Part shown: positions 58,469 through 62,745 of the stretch, piece by piece
Position numbering within the stretch: the stretch's first letter is position 1
Layout: each line of letters opens with the position of its first letter
The notes under the pieces: model-generated
Told to the model about the DNA's origin: nothing
The model's database searches: none
Seen by the model: the letters and a program-made list of their open reading frames with translations, nothing else
Position numbers and translations under genes: made by a program
Origin: Croceibacterium sp.
GTDB taxonomy: Bacteria > Pseudomonadota > Alphaproteobacteria > Sphingomonadales > Sphingomonadaceae
Assembly: GCA_035494275.1 (NCBI GenBank)
Contig: DATJHD010000334.1
Span: 1-62,745 of the forward strand
Direction: 5' to 3'
DNA length: 62,745 nucleotides

Positions 58469-58778
58469 ACGCGCCGGAAAATGGGAACGGTGCTGATAGG
58501 ACGAGAAGGGCCAAGTTGGGACAGGAACGGCCATTCTTGAACGAGCGGGATGCGCCCGCACCGATCTTGAGTGAGTTCCTGAACCCGCCTGCGAGGCCGT
58601 GCTGCACGCCCACATCGCGTAACCGGCGGGGGAATTACCGCCCCTTTCTCACCCGGATCCGTTCGAACGGCCGCGATGGTCTTGCGGCGGTTGCCGGCGC
58701 CCGCTCGACGGGCAACGCGTGGGCAGTCCGGCTGGTGCGGAAGGCCTGCCGGGTCGAAAACGGCCGAACGCGGGAAAG

Positions 58779-59699
58779 TCAGATGCCGGCGATCTGCCTC
58801 AGTTCGTCCAGCCGCTCTTGGCCAAGGCCTTCAACCAGATCACGCAATCTGAGGACCGACCGGCCAAGGGCATCGAGATCCTCCGCGCCAATCTCGTAGG
58901 CCGCCGAATAGCGTGCCTCGACATAGGCCCGCTTGAGCAGCTCGAAGCGGCGGCGGTCCAGCCGAGTTTCGCGGGGCCATGCCTCGATGAGCCGTGGCTC
59001 TTTGTCCTCTGCCAGCGAGCGGAGGAACTTGATATTGTGCGAGCGAGGGAAATACAGAGTGCGGGCCAGCAGAAAGCACGCGTACGCCGTCTCCGTAGCC
59101 TGATGCAGATTGAAGGCGGCTAGCTTTCGAAAGCCTGGATCGTCTTTGCTGCGATTCAGTTGGAAATCGACGGTGGCAAGCCAACGATCTAGATCAGCCG
59201 ACTTCGTGCCATAGTAGCTCGCCGTCATCTCGTAGGCATCCACCGCGGTGAGCGGTTGCGGCGCGGCCAGCGCGCTGCCCGGACGCTCGTAAAGGATGAT
59301 GCCGTCGCGGGCGATGTCGACCCAGAAATACTCGCCGCGGCCGAGCGCCTGGTTCACCTCATCGAGGGTATGGACGATGATGTTGACCGGCCGGCCGATC
59401 GCGGGATCGCGCTGGATCAGGTCCTCGGCCGCGTACCAGTAGTCGGCGACGTCGGTCAGGTCGGGATGGCTGACGATGACGAGCAGGTCGAAGTCGGACT
59501 GGTAGCCGTTCTCGGGCTCGTCGACCCAGTCGTCCCGCGCATAGCTTCCGAACAGGACGATCTTGAGGACCTTGCCGTTCTTCTTCCACGGCTGGGTGGC
59601 CGAGGCGATCGCGCGGGCGAACTCACCGAGCAGCAATTCGCGAACGTGGTGCAGTTCGTCCTGTTGCATGACCGGCAAGTGATCGAGGCTGGTTCGCAT
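58779..59699 (-). CDS. Fused nucleotidyltransferase (MNT)-HEPN domain protein
   Basis: VLFGSYAR...SDFDLLV NTase motif; AAFNLHQATE, PRSHNI, AYVEARY HEPN motifs. Confidence 0.88.
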   Translation of the reverse strand: MRTSLDHLPVMQQDELHHVRELLLGEFARAIASATQPWKKNGKVLKIVLFGSYARDDWVDEPENGYQSDFDLLVIVSHPDLTDVADYWYAAEDLIQRDPAIGRPVNIIVHTLDEVNQALGRGEYFWVDIARDGIILYERPGSALAAPQPLTAVDAYEMTASYYGTKSADLDRWLATVDFQLNRSKDDPGFRKLAAFNLHQATETAYACFLLARTLYFPRSHNIKFLRSLAEDKEPRLIEAWPRETRLDRRRFELLKRAYVEARYSAAYEIGAEDLDALGRSVLRLRDLVEGLGQERLDELRQIAGI

Positions 59700-59986
59700 C
59701 GCCTGCAACTCTGGGCGATCCGGAACCTACCGGCAAGTGCCCCTTAACGGTCACACCGACGGCGCGTTTCGCGCCGCCGACACTCACGATTTGCGACCGC
59801 CGTCGGCGTTCGCGGGGAGCCTCACGGCTGTCGGTTCCAAGACCCCGGCGGCTTGCAGGCCCGGACGGCAACATCGCCAAGCCATCTTCTTCACTCGCAC
59901 GATAATTAATATTGAAACCGATGTGAATATGAGGCAGCTTGCCCGCAAGCGTCCGGCGAGGCGCGAAATGAGGGCGCGGGAGAGGA

Positions 59987-62272
59987 ATGATGAAGACCAA
60001 AGCTCTATGGCTGAGCGTGTCAATGCTTGCTTTCGCTTGGAGTGGTGCCGCAGCGGCTCAGGACCAGCCGGCCGAGGATTCCAAGCCCCAGGCGGATGCT
60101 TCGGCCCAGGCCGGCGCACAGGGCGAGAACGTGATCGTCGTCACGGCCGAGCGGCGCACCGAGAACCTCATGACGACGGCCGCTTCGGCCTCGGTGATCA
60201 GCGGCGACACGCTGGCCAAGAAGGGCGTCAACAATGTCGACGCACTGCAGTTCGCCGCGCCGAGCATCGTGGTCAACAACTTCGGCCAGGGCAACGATTT
60301 CAATGTCCGCGGCATCGGCAAGGCCGAGCACAACACCCAGACCACGACGGGGGTCATCACCTATCGCGACGGGGTGCCGACCTTTCCCGGCTACATCCAG
60401 GGCGAGCCCTACTACGACATCAACAACATCCAGGTTCTGCGCGGCCCGCAGGGCACGATCGTCGGGCAGAACGCGACCGGCGGCGCGGTGTTCGTCAATT
60501 CGAACGACCCCGTGATCGGCGGCGGCATCAGCGGCTACGCCCAGGCGAACTACGGCAACTATGACGATCTCGGCGGGCAGTTCGCGCTCAACCTGCCGGC
60601 GGGCGACACCTTCGCGATTCGCGTCGCGGGCTACGGCGAGCGGCGCGACGGCTTCTACCACATCACCGGGCCGGGCGGTGCGCCCTATACCGGCAACAAC
60701 AACGATCTCAGCATGTACGCCGGGCGGCTCAGCCTGCTGTGGAAGCCGAGCGACAACTTCTCGATCCTGTCAAAGACCGACGCCGCTCACCTCGGCTATG
60801 GCGCCTACCCGTCCTCACCCTATTGGCAGTCGTTCAAGACCTTGCCGAGCGGGGCGGCGAACCCGCGCTACGCCGACCTGTTCGACATCACCGCCAACGC
60901 GCCGATGTCGGCCAAGGACAAGTTCGTCCGCTCGATCCTCAGGCTCGAATACAAGACCGACGGCGGGGTCAGGTTCCGCTCGATCAGCTCCTACCAGAAG
61001 GGGACCACCCAATACGGCACCGACCTCGACGGCACCTCGTCGGATTTCAACAACCCGCTGACCGGCCTGCCGATCGCGAACCGGTCGTTCTACGACATCG
61101 TCCACGAGCGGCAGCTGACCCAGGAATTCAACATCATTTCGCCGGACAACCAGCGTTTCACCTGGCTCCTCGGCGCGTTCGGCCTGTGGAACAAGTACAC
61201 CTTCCCCGCGCCGTACGACAATTTCGACATCAACCTGTGCTATCCGTTCACGGCGGACGTCGTCCCCGCGTGCCACTATCAGCTCAAGGGCGTGAACCCC
61301 GAGCGGTCGCTGGCGGTCTTCGGGCAGGTCGGATTCAGCATTACCGACACGCTGAAGCTCGAGGCCGGCGGCCGCTACACCGCTAGCCGGTCGACCAACC
61401 ACGTCGACGTCATGCAGTACGGGCTCTACATCCGCGACGACCAGACCACGAAGTCGGACAACTTCTCGTACAAGGTCTCGCTCGGCTGGCAGGCCGCCCC
61501 GAGCCAGTACCTCTACGCTTTCGTTGCCACCGGCTTCCGGCCGGGCGGGCTCAACGTGCCGGTCGGTCTCGGCCAGCCGGCCCCGTTCAAGCCGGAGAAG
61601 GTCACTTCGTTCGAGGCCGGGTGGAAGGCCAACTGGGCCGGCGGGCACCTGCGCACGACGATCGACGGCTTCTACAACGACTACAAGAACTTCCAGGTCA
61701 TCATCGGATATCCGACGTTCCCGACCTTCGGCATTGAGCTTAATGTGCCGGAAACGACGAAGATCTACGGCTTCGAGGCGGATACCGAGCTGCATTTAGG
61801 CGGGTTCTCGCTCGACGCCGGCGTCAACGTGCTGCACAGCAGCCTGGGCCACTTCTTCGCCAGCGATCCCCGGGTCCCGAGCGTCGTGGCGTGCGATCCG
61901 GTCGCCGGGCCGGTCAGCACGACCTGCATCGACCTCACGGGCCGCGACCAGACCTACGCGCCCAACTTCACGTTCAATATCGGCGCGGAGTACGCCTTTG
62001 CGCTGACCGCGAACGACACGATCACGCCGCGCGTGAACTACGGCCACGTCGGCGCCCAGTGGGCGACCCTGTTCGAAAATCCCGCGCTTGGCGACCGGCT
62101 CGAGCAGCGCGACATCCTCAATGCACAGCTCGAGTGGCAACATGGCAGCTGGGCGGTGACCGCCTACGCCACCAATCTCACCAACCAGCACTATCCCGGC
62201 GCCCTCAATAGCGGGCTTTATTTCGCCGGTCCGCCGCGACAATACGGGATAAGAGTGCTCAAGACCTTCTGA
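59987..62272 (+). CDS. TonB-dependent receptor
   Basis: Signal peptide, IVVTAERR TonB box, VRGIG, QVLRGPQGT..G.NATGG plug, terminal Phe. Confidence 0.94.
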   Translation: MMKTKALWLSVSMLAFAWSGAAAAQDQPAEDSKPQADASAQAGAQGENVIVVTAERRTENLMTTAASASVISGDTLAKKGVNNVDALQFAAPSIVVNNFGQGNDFNVRGIGKAEHNTQTTTGVITYRDGVPTFPGYIQGEPYYDINNIQVLRGPQGTIVGQNATGGAVFVNSNDPVIGGGISGYAQANYGNYDDLGGQFALNLPAGDTFAIRVAGYGERRDGFYHITGPGGAPYTGNNNDLSMYAGRLSLLWKPSDNFSILSKTDAAHLGYGAYPSSPYWQSFKTLPSGAANPRYADLFDITANAPMSAKDKFVRSILRLEYKTDGGVRFRSISSYQKGTTQYGTDLDGTSSDFNNPLTGLPIANRSFYDIVHERQLTQEFNIISPDNQRFTWLLGAFGLWNKYTFPAPYDNFDINLCYPFTADVVPACHYQLKGVNPERSLAVFGQVGFSITDTLKLEAGGRYTASRSTNHVDVMQYGLYIRDDQTTKSDNFSYKVSLGWQAAPSQYLYAFVATGFRPGGLNVPVGLGQPAPFKPEKVTSFEAGWKANWAGGHLRTTIDGFYNDYKNFQVIIGYPTFPTFGIELNVPETTKIYGFEADTELHLGGFSLDAGVNVLHSSLGHFFASDPRVPSVVACDPVAGPVSTTCIDLTGRDQTYAPNFTFNIGAEYAFALTANDTITPRVNYGHVGAQWATLFENPALGDRLEQRDILNAQLEWQHGSWAVTAYATNLTNQHYPGALNSGLYFAGPPRQYGIRVLKTF

Positions 62273-62321
62273 AGTCGATCGGGCTGGCCATCTCGCGCAC
62301 TTGCGGGTGGCCGGCCGTTCC

Positions 62322-62745
62322 ATGAAGACAGTCGCGCCATCATTCATGCAAAACTACCCTCTTACAGTCGACAAGTTCATCGACCACGCTGCCGTGTGGT
62401 CGGCGAACGGGGTGGTCCAGGCATTGCCGGACGGACGCCGGCTCCAGGTGTCTTACGGCGAGGTGCGAGACCGTGCTAATCTCATGTCCGGCGCCCTGGC
62501 CGCTCTCGGGCTCGAGTTCGGCGAGCGCGTCGGAACGCTCGCGTGGAACACTCGCCACCACCTCGAAATCTACTACGCGACGATGGGGTCGGGCCTCGTT
62601 TGTCACACTCTCAACCCGCGGCTGACCGTCGCCCAGGTTGCGGCGATGGTTTGCGAGGCCGAAGACGCCGCGCTGGCCGTCGCGTCGGACCTCGTGCCAC
62701 TGGCATTCGAACTGGTCTCGCTTTGCCCACTCGTCCGCCATCTCA
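62322..62745 (+). CDS. Long-chain acyl-CoA ligase/AMP-binding enzyme (3' truncated by window edge)
   Basis: Translated by hand: MQNYPLTVDKFIDHAA...GERVGTLAWNTRHHLEIYYA.MG.G.VCHTLNPRL; alternative start 62346. Confidence 0.85.
   Translation, partial: MKTVAPSFMQNYPLTVDKFIDHAAVWSANGVVQALPDGRRLQVSYGEVRDRANLMSGALAALGLEFGERVGTLAWNTRHHLEIYYATMGSGLVCHTLNPRLTVAQVAAMVCEAEDAALAVASDLVPLAFELVSLCPLVRHL

Noticed and set aside
59896-59930. AT-rich GATAATTAATATTGAAA upstream of the TonB receptor as a Fur/Irr box
   Set aside because: Only a half-site resemblance; may simply be promoter sequence
1-62745. CRISPR array, tRNA/rRNA, transposase, integrase, att sites
   Set aside because: None recognised by eye; element boundaries cannot be assigned from this window

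Overview
GC-rich alphaproteobacterial window; the gene content is most consistent with a sphingomonad (inference). Left to right: (1) end of a pstCAB-phoU-phoB phosphate operon, an alpha/beta hydrolase and an L,D-transpeptidase; (2) a stress-type island (6.6-19.9 kb) with two P-type ATPases, an AMP/thymidine phosphorylase-PRPP synthetase-like-beta-CASP nuclease triad, Hsp20, USP, CoA transferase, DUF2267 and a host-attachment/baeRF12 protein; (3) a DUF2946 leader ending in an RGPP arrest-like motif, upstream of a His-rich outer-membrane protein; (4) a chaperone-usher pilus locus with three paralogous subunits, two small secreted proteins that both end in HPVSP, and a nest of FixL/FixJ-like regulators; (5) an ICE-like block (33.3-59.7 kb). 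That block holds an FseA-like activator split by a perfect +1 programmed-frameshift site, luxR-luxI-phyH-gntR, a complete lasso peptide cluster (40-aa precursor missing from the ORF track, B, C, isopeptidase, TonB receptor, FecR, FecI), trbBCDEJLFGI/traG with no relaxase in view, and a nucleotidyltransferase-HEPN gene; (6) a TonB receptor and the start of an acyl-CoA ligase. The best candidate for an undescribed system is the contiguous block linking AHL quorum sensing, the frameshifted conjugation activator, a lasso peptide make/import/destroy loop and a T4SS. All family calls come from motif recognition by eye; no database searches were run.
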